DNA from: Mustelus asterias
Taxonomy: Eukaryota
Length of the DNA: 64,000 nt
Direction: 5' to 3'
Assembly: GCF_964213995.1 (NCBI RefSeq)
Contig: NC_135810.1
Coordinates: 99,882,001 to 99,946,000 of the forward strand
Shown here: positions 1 to 11,588 of the stretch, piece by piece
Layout: the number at the start of each line of letters is the position of its first letter
Position numbering within the stretch: the stretch's first letter is position 1
The notes under the pieces: model-generated
Database searches by the model: none
What the model saw: only the letters and a program-made list of their open reading frames with translations
Told to the model about the DNA's origin: nothing
Position numbers and translations under genes: made by a program

Positions 1-350
1 ATCCAGGAATTATGATTCCCCATGAGTTTCTATCATCCCAGTGCAAAGGGGATAGGCATTTATGTGGACACAAATGCGACTTCAGGATGGTATGTTGTCT
101 CCCTGATGCTAGGGTCAAGGATGTCTCAGAGCAGCTACAGGACATTCTTGAGGAAGAGGGTACACATTAGTACCAAAGACGTAGGTTAAAAAAAGGGATG
201 AGGTCCTAAAAGTCGAGTATAGGGAGTTAGGAAGTAAGTGGAGAAGTAGGACCTCAAATGTAGTGATCTCAGGATTACTACCAGTGCCACGTGCTAGTCA
301 GAATAGAAATACCAGGTATATCAGATGAATACATGGCTGGAAAGATGGAA
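1..350 (+). mobile_element. Degenerate CR1-type LINE ORF1 fragment (SGNH/GDSL esterase-like region)
   Basis: Reads ...SRTSNVVISGLLPVPRASQNRN...QMNTWLERW with frameshifts, typical of the fish/shark CR1 ORF1 esterase domain. Confidence 0.6.
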
Positions 351-476
351 CACTAAAAGTATGAAAATGCAAAATGCAAAAATGGTAGATAGGGTAATCA
401 ACGGCAACAGGCAAATAGCACCACAATACAATCTTCCACTGTATCTATTTAGCTCCTCTGACATTTCCTTGTCCTG

Positions 477-716
477 ATGTGGATATGCCAGCGTTGGACT
501 GGGGTAAACACAGTAAGAGTTTTAACAACACCAGGTTAAAGTTCAACAGGTTTATTTGGTAGCAAATGCCATTAGCTTTCGGAGCAGATTTCCGCTCCAT
601 CTTGAGAGCAGATTTCCACTCCATCTGACGAAGGAGCAGTGCTCCGAAAGCTAATGGCATTTGTTACCAAATAAACCTGTTGGACTTTAACCTGGTGTTG
701 TTAAAACTCTTACTGT
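477..716 (+). mobile_element. Penelope-like element (PLE) terminal remnant with inverted pseudo-LTR arms
   Basis: 77-nt inverted arms 510-586 / 640-716 (2 mismatches). Homologous to 26979-27480, which carries a GIY-YIG C-terminus. ATTTCCTT is repeated on both flanks (463-470, 717-724). Confidence 0.8.
621..657 (+). ncRNA. Minimal type I hammerhead ribozyme motif within the PLE repeat
   Basis: CCAT-CTGACGA-A-GGAGC(agt)GCTCC-GAAA-GC-TA-ATGG: CUGANGA and GAAA boxes, 5-bp stem II, palindromic AGCU in place of stem III, stem I CCAT/ATGG. PLEs are known to carry such motifs. Confidence 0.7.
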
Positions 717-1232
717 ATTTCCTTTCCCCCATAACTACATTGATTTTCTAAGGGGCCTATGTTCACTTTGACGTCTCTCTTTTTATATATTTAAAGAAAA
801 TCTTATTGTCAGTTTTTATTTTCCTTACTAGTTTGCCCTTGCAGTTCATTTTCTCTCATTATCTTTTTAGTCCTCATTTGCTAGATTCTGAATGTATTTG
901 TCTTCAGTCCTATCACTGACTTTTGCCTCCTTATATGCTTTTCTTTCAACGTAATACTCAGCTTCCTTGGTTAACCATGGTTGGTTTATTCCTCTCTTAG
1001 CGTTTTTTCTCCTTCCTGGGATATTTTTTGCTGAGTATCAGGAATCACCTCCTTAAATGTCTACCATTGTTTGCTTACTGTCTTTCCTACTAAGCTATCT
1101 GCCCAGTCCACTTTAGCTAACTGTATCATCATTTCATTCTAATTCCTTTTATTTAAGTTAAATACAGTTGTTCTGACCCAAGTTTCTCACTCTCAAACTG
1201 AATATTAAATTCTATCGTGTTATGATCACTAC
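717..1232 (-). mobile_element. Old CR1 LINE ORF2 fragment, probably continuing left of the PLE insertion
   Basis: Resembles antisense CR1 ORF2 sequence between the endonuclease and RT regions; heavily decayed, no ORF. Confidence 0.45.
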
Positions 1233-1420
1233 TTCCAGTGCCCTCCTTTTGGTGTCTTTCAGTGCCCTCCTTCTGGAGTCTTTCTATTGCCTTTTCTGTG
1301 AGGTCTTCCAGTGCTTCTTCCCCTAGGTCTTCATTACCTCCTCTGAGGTCTTCAGTTGCCTCTTCCTCGAGGTCTTCATTGCCTTCTCGGAGGTCTTGAG
1401 TTGCCTCTATCTTTGGTCTT
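1232..1420. repeat. Degenerate pyrimidine-rich minisatellite, ~21-24 bp unit, ~8 copies
   Basis: Recurrent GAGGTCTT(C)(A/G)(G/T)TGCCT(C/T)(C/T)T units visible in tandem. Confidence 0.75.
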
Positions 1421-3279
1421 CTCTAATTTTCCAGCCCATTGCTATTTTTTTTTCTTGTGGTTGCTACATTAAATGTATTAGTTTAAATGCATTATCACTT
1501 TAAGACTGTCATATTCTTAAAACTGTTAGCAGCTGCCGGTTCTCTCTACGTACTTTTCCCACGCTTTTGAAATTCTGGCGGGAACCTGCTGCTCTTCTCT
1601 TGAACATTTTAAACCTTTTAAAACTTCATTTCTTTTTACTAATTGAAAGCCCCCAGCGATCTCTGCGGCTTTTTTTTTGCTTCTGGTCATTTGAAAAGTC
1701 CGCTTTCCTTCTGTTTTTTGATGTGCCCGATTTTGTCGATTTCACTGGCGAACCAGTACAAGGAGCTGTTTTAAAAACTTTATGAATGTATTTAAGATAA
1801 AGATGCGAGGGAGAAAAGCGTAAGGTCAGTCGGTATGCTGTTAAAGTGAGATGAAGTAAGTTGGGAGGTGGCTGGTGTGGACCATAGGCTGGCCATGTGC
1901 TAGAAATAATGTGTAAGCTAAATTGTAAACTATTTGTTGATCCTGATTTCCGTTGTAGGGGAAGATCCAGGCGGGGTAGGAATTCCACAAGTACTGTCGA
2001 TTACAAGAAACGTCTTAAAATTGCCCAACGGATTTGGAACAGGGATTGCTGGGGGTCAAGGAATCGGATTCATTTATCACTAAATTCGAACAGAGGTAAG
2101 TGAAAAAGTGGCTCGAAGGCTTAATTGAAAGGCTAACACACGGAAAAGTTAAAAATTGCAAGTGGAACCCTGAATAATTATCTGCATAACTTTCTTCTAG
2201 AATTATATCGATGTTCCCTTTTTATACCGATGTTTTGTCTTCCCCGAAGCTCACTGAATGGAAGTAGCATTCAGGAGGTACCGCCAGTTCGCAGCCCCAG
2301 TCAAGCAGTTGTGAACGCATGCGGCGGTGCACTTCAGAGCTCCCTCTAGGCTTTCCTTGCGCGGATCTTATTACTATTTTTATTTCCGACAGGCATTCCT
2401 GGGACCTCGGCAATGGGAATGAATGAACAATTATAACAAGGATCCGTGTTGCCAGTCTTCCGTTTTGGATAAATGACAGTTTGGGAAATGATCGCGAGGT
2501 ACAGCGGCTAATCTTGTAAATCCGCTTCAAATAAATGCGGGCTCTGAATGCAAACATTCTGTCAAATAGTGAAAGCATTTTCTTACTTGAATGTACTCAT
2601 TAAATAACGATACGAGTAAGATTGCAGTTACAGTGTGATCTCACTCATCTGGCCATAATAACAATCAATAATGCTGAACACAGTAGCATTTTCCTTTCGA
2701 TCAATGAAAAGTCACAGCCATTAAGTTTAAAGAGTTCCCAAGAAGAAACAAGCCAGTGATAAATAAACAAACACGGCACCATCTCAATAGCTCTCTAATC
2801 AGCTCATTCCGGAATCGTAGCGTGAACCAGCGTTCGCCGGGCACACACGTGGATTAACTTTGGCAAAGTTTCACCTTTAAAACGGGGATTGAACTTTTGA
2901 AGTAAAAGAATAAACATCATTCTTATTCCTTTTCACTCTGTACTGGCATGGCAACCAGATTATGTCCTTGTTCTCTCAGTTCTCTCCGCCCCACTTCCCT
3001 ATCTTAAGAAAACCCCCAGCAATCTACCTAGTTTTCCAGTTTCTGTTTGCTTCCTCTCCCAATCTTTAAAAGATATCATTTTTCGGAGCTTCCCTTTGTG
3101 CTTCCGCATCCCCCTCCCCCCGCACAGTCACACAATGTAACTTATTCTCTCCCTTCTTCATCTATTTGTTCTGCCGTCCTTTCCCCTATCACCGCTCTTC
3201 CCACTGGCTCCGGTGCCCTTTACGAAACGCTGGGGATCTATTCCCAGACTAAAGGATTTTTTTTGGGGGGGGTGGGGAG

Positions 3280-3460
3280 ATTTAGAGAGGAGACCCTCTG
3301 GAAGACGTCACCTAATTGACAGTTCACCTGACCACCCACCGGCCGGAAAGAGGGGCGACAAAAAGGAGCGGGGGGCTGGCATCCCATTGATCTCCAATCG
3401 GTGCCGGCAACGGGGCGGTACTTCCGCAGACAGGTTAGTCCAGGCTGAGGGAGTTTATAG
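3280..3460 (+). promoter_or_regulatory. Putative TATA-less proximal promoter of the FREM gene
   Basis: Cluster of GACGTCA (3304), CCAAT (3394), GC box GGGGCGG (3412) and ETS-like ACTTCCG (3420), 230-350 nt upstream of the ATG. TSS not determined. Confidence 0.45.
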
Positions 3461-3655
3461 CCGGGAGTCTGGGTTACAGCTCGGTGCAGTGGGAGTCTGA
3501 TGTCGCTACTGAGAGAGAGTGGCTGTAAATCTGGTACTGAAACAACAGCAAGAAGTAATAAGAGAAGTGTCACTTGTTTGACATATATTCATCTCTGCAG
3601 AACTTTGCTTGGAAATTGAGGGGGGTGGGGGAGAAAATAAATCTTTTGGAAGAGC

Positions 3656-6600
3656 ATGGAAAGTTTGCAGCGGAGGAGGGAGAGTGAGTTTTCCTGTGTA
3701 TCTGTGGCCAGGCTGCTGCTGCTATTGTCTCTGACAGTGACAGGTAGCACATCAGGGCAGGAGAGTTTGGACAGTGTGGATCTCTATTACGGCTTCAGCT
3801 CGGGACTGTCCGAAGACTCCATACTCCTGGCCAATAATGGCATCCGAGTGCCCTTCGGCCGCTCGGTGGACCTCGACCCCATCCACGACCTGGTCATCCA
3901 GGTGCAGCCGGGCGACAGGTGCACGGTCACCGTGCTGGGCAACGACCCGCTGTCCCAGAGGCCGGGCCAGCTGACGCCCAAGAAGTTCCCCTGCGACTTC
4001 GGGCGCGACGAGGTCAAGTACTCGCACTTCGGCGCCCGCAGCCCGTCCCGGGACCGGGTCAAGCTGCAGCTGCGCTACGACAGCCAGACGGAGACGGTGA
4101 TCGTGCCCTTCATGCTGGAGGTCGAGGTGGTCTTCACCCAGCTGGAGATCGTCACCCGCAACGTGCCGCTGAGCGTGGACAAGCTGCTGGGCACCAGCAA
4201 CGCCATGGACGGCAAGGTGCTGGAGTTCGCCTACAACCCGAGCTGGGAGCGCTGCCGGGTGGGCGCGCTGAGCGGCGCCGGCGGGCTGCCCCGCTACGGG
4301 CGCCTGGTGCCCGAGAAGCCGGGCGGCCGCATGCTGGACTGCGAGGAGTTCCTGCGCTCCGACACCCGCTACCAGCACACGGCGGGCGGCAGCTCGCCGG
4401 ACCGCGACTACATCCCCATGGTGGCCGAGCTGCAGGACGCCCGCTCCGGCAACGTGCTGAAGCAGGAGTACTTCCAGGTGATGGTGCGGATCCGCGAGGG
4501 AGCGCCCAACACGCCGCCCAAGCCCAGCTTCGTGGCCATGATGATGATGGAGGTGGACCAGTTCGTGCTGACCGCCATCACGCCCGACATGCTGGCGGCC
4601 GAGGACGCCGAGACGCCGGCCGACGAGCTCATCTTCAACATCACCACGCCCGCCGCGCAGCTGTCCGCCCAGGGGGTCAGCGTGGTGAGCACCGACGACC
4701 GGCGCCTGCCGCTCACCTCCTTCTACCAGCGGGAGCTGCGGGAGCTCCGCGTCGCCTTCCGCCCGCCGCCCACCGACTCGGACGTCGAGCGCATCTTCCA
4801 GCTGGAGCTGGAGGTGGTGGACGCCGAGGGCGCCGCCTCGGACCCCTTCGCCTTCATGGTGGTGGTCAAGCCCATGAACACGCTGGCGCCGCTGGTGAGC
4901 CGCAATGGCGGGCAGCTGCTGTACGAGGGCCAGTCTCGCGCCCTCGCCAACCGCCACGGCCCGCGCCTCAGCGACGAGGACAACCTGCGGGAGGTGCGCC
5001 TGCGCGTGCTGGGCGGCCTGCGGCACGGGCAGCTGAGCGTGCTGGCCTCGCGCGCCAGCTTCTTCACCGCCGCCGACCTGGAGGCGGGCCTGGTGCGCTA
5101 CCAGCACGACGGCAGCGACACCCACAGCGACAACATCATCTTCCGCGCCACCGACGGCCGCCACCACGTCGAGTTCCTCTTCCCCATCACCATCGTGCCC
5201 GACGACGACGAGGCGCCCGTCCTCAACGCCAACACCGGCCTGGCGCTGTCCGAGCGGCGGGCGGCCGCCATCCCGCCCTTCGCCCTCAGCGCCACCGACG
5301 TGGACTCGGAGGACTCGACCATCGTCTTCCGCCTGGAGACCCCGCACCCGGCCCTGGGCGAGCTGCTGCTCCGCCAGGCCGAGACCCCCGCCGACCCCCA
5401 GTCGTGGCGGCGGCTGGAAGAGGACGGGGGCTACGAGAAGGTGGTGCAGGAGTGGAGCCAGCAGGACATCACCGACGGCAAGCTGTTCTACCGGCATGTG
5501 GGGCCCCACAGCACGGCCACCGTCATGGACCGCTTCGTGTTCCGGGTGCAGGACGACAACGACCCCCCGAATCTGTCTGGTCAGCATACCTTCATCATCA
5601 AAATCCAGCCGGTGGACGACATCCCCCCCGAGCTGTACCCGGGAAGCACTCTACAGATGGTGGTCGAGGAGTACCGCTTGACCCACTTTCGAAGGAAGTT
5701 CCTCCGCTACACCGACCTGGATTCGGACGACCGGGACCTGAAGTACACCATCACCAAACCCCCCACCGACACCGATGAGAACAACCCCGTGCAAATGGGT
5801 AACATCGTGTTGACCGAGAACCCCACCACCCTGGTGGTGGAGTTCACCCAGGCTCAGGTCAACCACCACAAGGTTGCCTACCGCCCTCCCGACGTCGAGC
5901 TGGGCATCATTCCTCACGTTGTCCAGTTTGAGTTCACGGTGGAAGACACGGCTGGCAACAGTGTGGAAGGGACGTGCACAATCTTCCTGCAGCCGGTTGA
6001 CAACAAACCACCTCAAATAACCAACACCGGCTTTGTAATGTTTGAAAGAGACACTTATCTGATAACCAGCGCTGAACTGGACGCCATAGATCAAGACACT
6101 GATGGACCCCAGATAACATTCACGCTGGCCCAGCTTGCAAAGCATGGTCAGTTGCAATATGCCGGCGTTGGTATAACTGAAGGGGAAGCATTTAATTTAA
6201 ATGACATAAGTAATGGGAAAATTGCCTACGTGCATAACGGTGACGAGTCTACTGGTGACTCTTTGAAAATTGATGTGAGTGATGGAGTCCATACGGTTCC
6301 AATCAGTGTTAAAGTAACAGTACGCCCAGTTGATGATGAAGTACCAACCATTATGCTGCCGGCTGGAACTATTGGATCTTACTTGGATGTGTTGGAAAAT
6401 GGAGCCACCGAAATAACAACCAACGTCATCCAAGGGACCGATGAAGACACAGATGATCTGAGATTGACTTTCATTGTTGAGGACCAACCAAAACTGGGAG
6501 AGATCTTGGTTCAGGGCGTCCCCTCTGATAGGTTCACACAACAAGACATCATCAACGGGGTTGTGATTTATACTCACACAAATGGTGAGATAGGACTGCA

Positions 6601-8696
6601 AAAAAAGGAAGATTCTTTTAATTTGACTCTGACCGACATGTCTGATGAGTGGAACATTGGAGGGAATAAAGTGCAAGGTGTTCGTGTGCAGGTGACCATC
6701 CTTCCTGTTGACAGCCAGGCTCCAGAGGTTATTGTAGGAAAACAGTTTACTGTTGTTGAAGGTGATAAAAATGCAATATCGCCGGAAAATTTGAAGGCTG
6801 AAGATTTTGATACCCCCAACGATGATATTCTCTGTACTATTATTGTCCAGCCCACTTCTGGCTATGTAGAGAACATTTCACCAGCTCCTGGGTCTGAGAC
6901 ATCTCGCGCAGGAACTGCCATCACTGCTTTCACTTTTAAAGAGATACGTCTTGGACATATTAATTATGTTCAGAGCATTCACAAAACTGTGGAACCAGTG
7001 GAAGATAGGTTTACATTCCGCTGCTCTGATGGAATTAACTTCTCACAGAGGCACTTTTTTCCTATTGTGGTAATCCCGGCAAATGATGAAAAGCCAGACA
7101 TTTTCATGAGGGAGTTTGTTGTAATGGAAGGTATGAGTCTCGTTATTGACACTCCTATCCTCAATGCTGCAGATAACGACATCCCAGCCAATGACTTGAC
7201 TTTCTCCATCATTAAACCACCAAAACATGGTCAGATAGTAAATCAGCTTGCTACAGGCACTGTCCTTGTCAGCAGCTTTACTTTAGATCAGATCAGAGAG
7301 GGCTCCAGCATTGTTTATGAGCATGATGACTCTGAAACCAAAGAAGACAGTTTTGACATTCGCCTTACTGATGGGAAGTACAGTGTTGAAAAAACAGTAA
7401 TTATAATGGTCATTCCACTCGATGATGAGACTCCAAGAATGACCATAAATAATGGACTGGAAATTGAGATAGGAGAAACAAAAACAATAAAAAACAACAT
7501 TCTTAAAGCTACAGACCTGGATTCTGAAGATAAAACACTTGTGTACGTTATACGTTATGGGCCAAATCAAGGGCTCTTGCAGTATCTTCTCCCTTCAGGC
7601 AACTTAGAAAACATTACAGTAGGAATGAACTTCACCCAGGATGATATTGACAAGAATTTGATTGAGTATACACATACTGGCCAGGAAGGCATCCGCGATC
7701 TCATCAAGTTTGATGTAACAGATGGCATTAATCCACTTATTGATCGTTACTTTTATGTTTCTATTGGCGGTATTGATATGATCTTCCCTGATGTAGTCAG
7801 TAAAGGAGTCTCTCTAAAGGAGGGTGGAAGAGTAACTCTGACAACAGATTTACTGAGCACTACTGACCTGAATAGCCCAGATGAAAATCTGCTTTTCAGT
7901 ATTACCCGAGCACCTGTTCGCGGTCACCTGGAATGCACAGATCAACCCGGCGTACCTATCACGACATTCTCACAGCTTCAGTTAGCTGGTAACAAAGTTT
8001 ACTACATTCACACATCTGATGATGAGGTAAAAATGGACAGTTTTGAATTTGAAGTCACTGATGGCTATAACCCCGTGTTTCGCACTTTCAGAATCTCCAT
8101 CAGTGACGTTGACAACAAAAAACCTGTCCTTACTTTCCATGACTTAGTGGTTAATGAAGGAGAAGTAAAACTAATTACCCCATTTGAATTGACTGTTGAA
8201 GACAGGGACACTCCTGATCGCTTGCTACGATTTACTGTGACGCAGGTTCCAGTTCATGGCCAGCTGCTATTCAACCGCACTACGTCTGTGACATCTTTTA
8301 CGAAGCAAGACTTGAATGAGAACCTCATCAGTTACAAGCACGATGGGACGGAATTTGCTGAGGATAGCTTTTCTTTCACGGTGACTGATGGCACACACAC
8401 AGACTTCTATGTCTTCCCAGACACGGTCTTTGAAACTCGAAAATCACAGATGATGAGAATACGGACAATGTCAGTGGACAATGGAGTGCCTCAGATTATT
8501 GTGAATAAAGGTGCTCCCACTCTTCGTGGAATCTCCACAGGACACCTTGGGTTTCTGATTACAAGCAAAGCATTAAAAGCTGAAGATCGGGACAGCGTGC
8601 ACAATGCTTTAAGGTTCAAGATCCTGGAAGGTCCTGAACATGGATACCTTATCCACATGGGCAAAGGAAATGAGAGTGTTACTGGATTCACTCAGG
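3656..8696 (+). CDS. FREM2: FRAS1-related extracellular matrix protein 2, coding exon 1 (signal peptide, N-terminal domain, tandem CSPG repeats)
   Basis: 1680 codons + 1 nt. Strong Kozak (AGCATGG), signal peptide [18 protein letters not shown]2 motifs [56 protein letters not shown]. Ends at phase-1 donor CAGG|GTAAGA; the ORF-track tail to 8719 is intronic. FREM3 paralogy not fully excluded. Confidence 0.9.
3790..5960. other. Intra-exonic CpG island / extreme GC3 segment
   Basis: Very dense CpG; by eye almost every codon ends in G/C from ~3850 to ~5560, decaying to AT-rich usage by ~6000. Confidence 0.9.
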
Positions 8697-9071
8697 GTAA
8701 GATTTCTTTCCTGTCATAATGACTGTATTGCTCTGATTGCTTTCAGGTGCCTTTTATTTTTTCTTGAGTGCGAAATTATTTTTTTGCATTTTAATGGCTT
8801 TTGGTACAAAAATCGTCTGAATGAAAAGAAAGACAAAATACATTACAATTCTGAACCTATATTCAGCTTGTTACTAAATGTTCATTATTACAAATTTATT
8901 TTGCATGCAATATATATAAGTATTGAGGAAATATGAGCAGCATTGCAAATCTAGGGGTAAACGTTACTCGCAAATTAGAGATTAAAAAGCAGCACAAAGT
9001 TATACTCATTTTTAGATAGAATAGAATTCAAGAAAGTTTATGCCACAGAAAAAGACCACTTGGTACACAGC

Positions 9072-10068
9072 GGGGGCAATTTTATGAGCAAAATTCTAAG
9101 TGTCCAGCTTGTGTGAAAATGGGAAAGTTTCAGATCTGTTTTTTAGGTGATTCTTTACTCCTAATCATGCATGCACTTAGTGCATGAAAAAATGGGCTCG
9201 GCTGTTTCCAGCCACTAGAGGCAGTGGACAGTGGACTCACCAGCCAGCTTGATCAAGCAACAGAGGGAGCTATTGCGCACGTGCAGATCCCTGTGGCTGC
9301 ACATGTGCAAGTCCCTGTGGCTGCACATGTGCAATTCCAACGCCTCTGGCAAAGGGCTTTCAGGCCTCTGCTCCTACAGCATTGTCCCCGTCCCCCCAAC
9401 CCCCCCAAACCCGGCTATCACAGGGACCCGCGGCCAATTGTGAGCCCTACAACGCTCGAGAATATCACCCTCGCCATCCAGACCGATCGCCTGCAGAGTG
9501 GCAGCAGCCCCCCCCCCCCCCCACCAATCACATGCAGAGCGGCAGCGGGTCCCCCATAACCCTTCCCTCCACCAATTGCGATGCACCGACAATGGGCACC
9601 CCTTCCTCACTGGGCCGCCCCAGCCTAGCCTGCCCCCGTAGGCCCCAACCCCTTCAGTCCCACCCCCGGAACTGTGCGAACGGGCAGTGCCAAGGTGTCA
9701 GGCTGGCACTGCCCAAGGGGCACCCTCCCTGTCCTCAACCTCTCTGGAGGGCCTCAATGGCCTCCGATTCTATCAGCAAGGCCAACACGACTGCTCCCTG
9801 TTTGTGGGGAACAGTGTTTTCTTCACCGGAGAGAACTTCCCCCGGCAAGGTCACAAAGGGAAGTGAGCCTGGATGATCACATGCAAATTAACACTTAAAT
9901 AGATTATTCAGCCTCTCGCCGGAAATGGGTGAGAGGCAGATCGCGCTGGATATCCGCTGCCGGTAAGATTGCGAGAGCCGAGAAACCAGGTGCTTTCTCG
10001 GTTCATGTGCAATTTTATCAGCTCGCTCTGCCCATCAATGAGCTGGGCGAGCGGTAAAAATGCAGCCC
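9072..10068. mobile_element. GC-rich non-autonomous DNA transposon-like element (imperfect GGG..ATTTT termini)
   Basis: Starts GGGGGCAATTTTA, ends TAAAAATGCAGCCC; C-rich interior with a GGCACTGCCC motif resembling 16138-16951; internal 24-bp tandem repeat ~9277-9337. Confidence 0.55.
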
Positions 10069-10639
10069 GTGTCTGAACTGGCAAATCAGGAAACTAATGT
10101 TACTGTTTAGCAATTGCTGTACATTGTTATGTAGTCTGGCCTCCAACACAATTATAACGTAATGCTATAATAGCAATGTTATTTTTCTTCTTAATAGAGA
10201 TGACCTTGTGTAATGACTTTTAAAATATGTTGCACTTTGAAGTGAGTTCAGCTAAAAACAGTTTCAAATAAAATCTATATTTAACATTGCATGCAATAAG
10301 TGCCCTTTATAATTTTATGTTTGGGGAAACTGGACAATGCTGTACGTTAATACACCATCCATCTACTTTTGAGACTGAGGATGAAATCTAGCACTATTGA
10401 TTGATAAAGTTTTAGCTCTCTTTTGGCTAAATAGGTCTTCTGTGAAATAATCTTGGACATCCTCAACTTGCATTTCTACTGATGTGAATACAGAACACTT
10501 AGAATTCAGCATAACAGTCTCAGGCTCTAAAAATGGCTAGTGTGGGACTGCTGTGTAGAGTGTATTCTTCTAATGTTAGGGTTATGGGTTACTGTGTCAA
10601 TTCTGGGTGGTCCATTGTCAACAAGACTCTAAAACCATA

Positions 10640-10930
10640 GGGTGTGAATGGGATAGATTCACGGGGATGATGCCAGAGGTAGGAACAGTAGTTATGAGGA
10701 AATACTTCAATTATTTCTTCTGGATCAACAAAGGTTAAGACGAGATCTAATAAAAGCTTTTAAAATTAGGAAATTGGAATGTATTGGGAAAGACTATTGT
10801 TTCTGATTGGGAAGTGAAAGTTTATCAATTTAAAGTATTCTCTAAGAGTTGAGAGAGAATCTAGGAGACTTTTCCTTGCACAGAGAGTTACTTGAATATT
10901 TTCTCACAGGGTGTGGTTGAAACAAAAACC
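10640..10930 (+). mobile_element. Decayed CR1 LINE 3' fragment
   Basis: Relics of RLR.DLI.AFKI and RDFSLHRE-like C-terminal CR1 ORF2 sequence. Confidence 0.5.
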
Positions 10931-10938
10931 AAAAATTG

Positions 10939-11097
10939 AAAGATGTGCGGGTTAGCCATGCTAAATTGACCCTCAGTGTCAGGGGGATTAGCTGGGTAAA
11001 TACATGGGGTTATGGGGATACGGGCTGGATGGGCATTGTTGTCGGTGCAGGCTCAATGAGCCGAATGGCTTCCTTCTGCACTGTAGGGATTCTATGA
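10939..11097 (+). mobile_element. 5'-truncated HE1-like SINE
   Basis: Matches the 3' half of the full-length copy at 43974-44300, ending CTGTAGGGATTCTATG. Confidence 0.8.
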
Positions 11098-11409
11098 ATA
11101 AATACCTGAAGCAGAAAGGGGCTATGGAGAAGAAGTGGGATAATGGGATTAGTTTTGGATTGCTTTAACAAAGCACTGACAAGACTTGATTTGATTAAAT
11201 TGCTTTCTTCTGTAAACTCTGGCTCTAAACACAGGTGTAGACTTATACACAAGTTGTCGGCTAGGTGGAGGGGCAGTAGTGATGATCATCAGATCTGGTC
11301 ATCCAACAATCAGATAATTTCTATCAATGATAGGCCTGTGCTAAGGTAGATTACTTCTGCTTTTCTCCAAGTTGAGTATGAAAATAAATTCTCACCTTTA
11401 AGCTAAGAT

Positions 11410-11588
11410 ATCCAAAGATGTGCGGGTTAGGTTGATTGGACAAGATAAATTGCCCCTTTGTTTCCTGGGATGCATAGGTTAGAGGGATTAGTGAGGTTGC
11501 GGAGATAGGGCCTGGGTGGGATTGTTGTCAGCGCATACTTGATGGGCCAAATGGCTTCCTTCAGCACTGTAGGGATTCTGTGATTCTA
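11410..11588 (+). mobile_element. 5'-truncated HE1-like SINE
   Basis: TCCAAAGATGTGCGGGTTAGG...CACTGTAGGGATTCTGTGATTCTA, same family. Confidence 0.8.

Noticed and set aside
1800-2110. Donor-like motifs (AGGTCAGT, AAGTAAGT, AGGTAAGT) hinting at an upstream non-coding exon
   Set aside because: Such motifs occur by chance and cannot be supported without transcript data.
3752-5778. 611-aa antisense and 619-aa alternative-frame ORFs overlapping exon 1
   Set aside because: Expected shadows of extreme GC3 (few stop codons); low-complexity translations confined to the GC-rich segment.
8697-8719. ORF-track C-terminus KISFLS* suggesting a single-exon 1687-aa protein
   Set aside because: Read-through past a canonical GTAAGA donor; exon 2 continues the protein in the correct phase.
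9224-9898. Pro-rich ORFs here and at 16355-16753
   Set aside because: Arise from the C-rich interiors of TIR elements; no recognisable domain.
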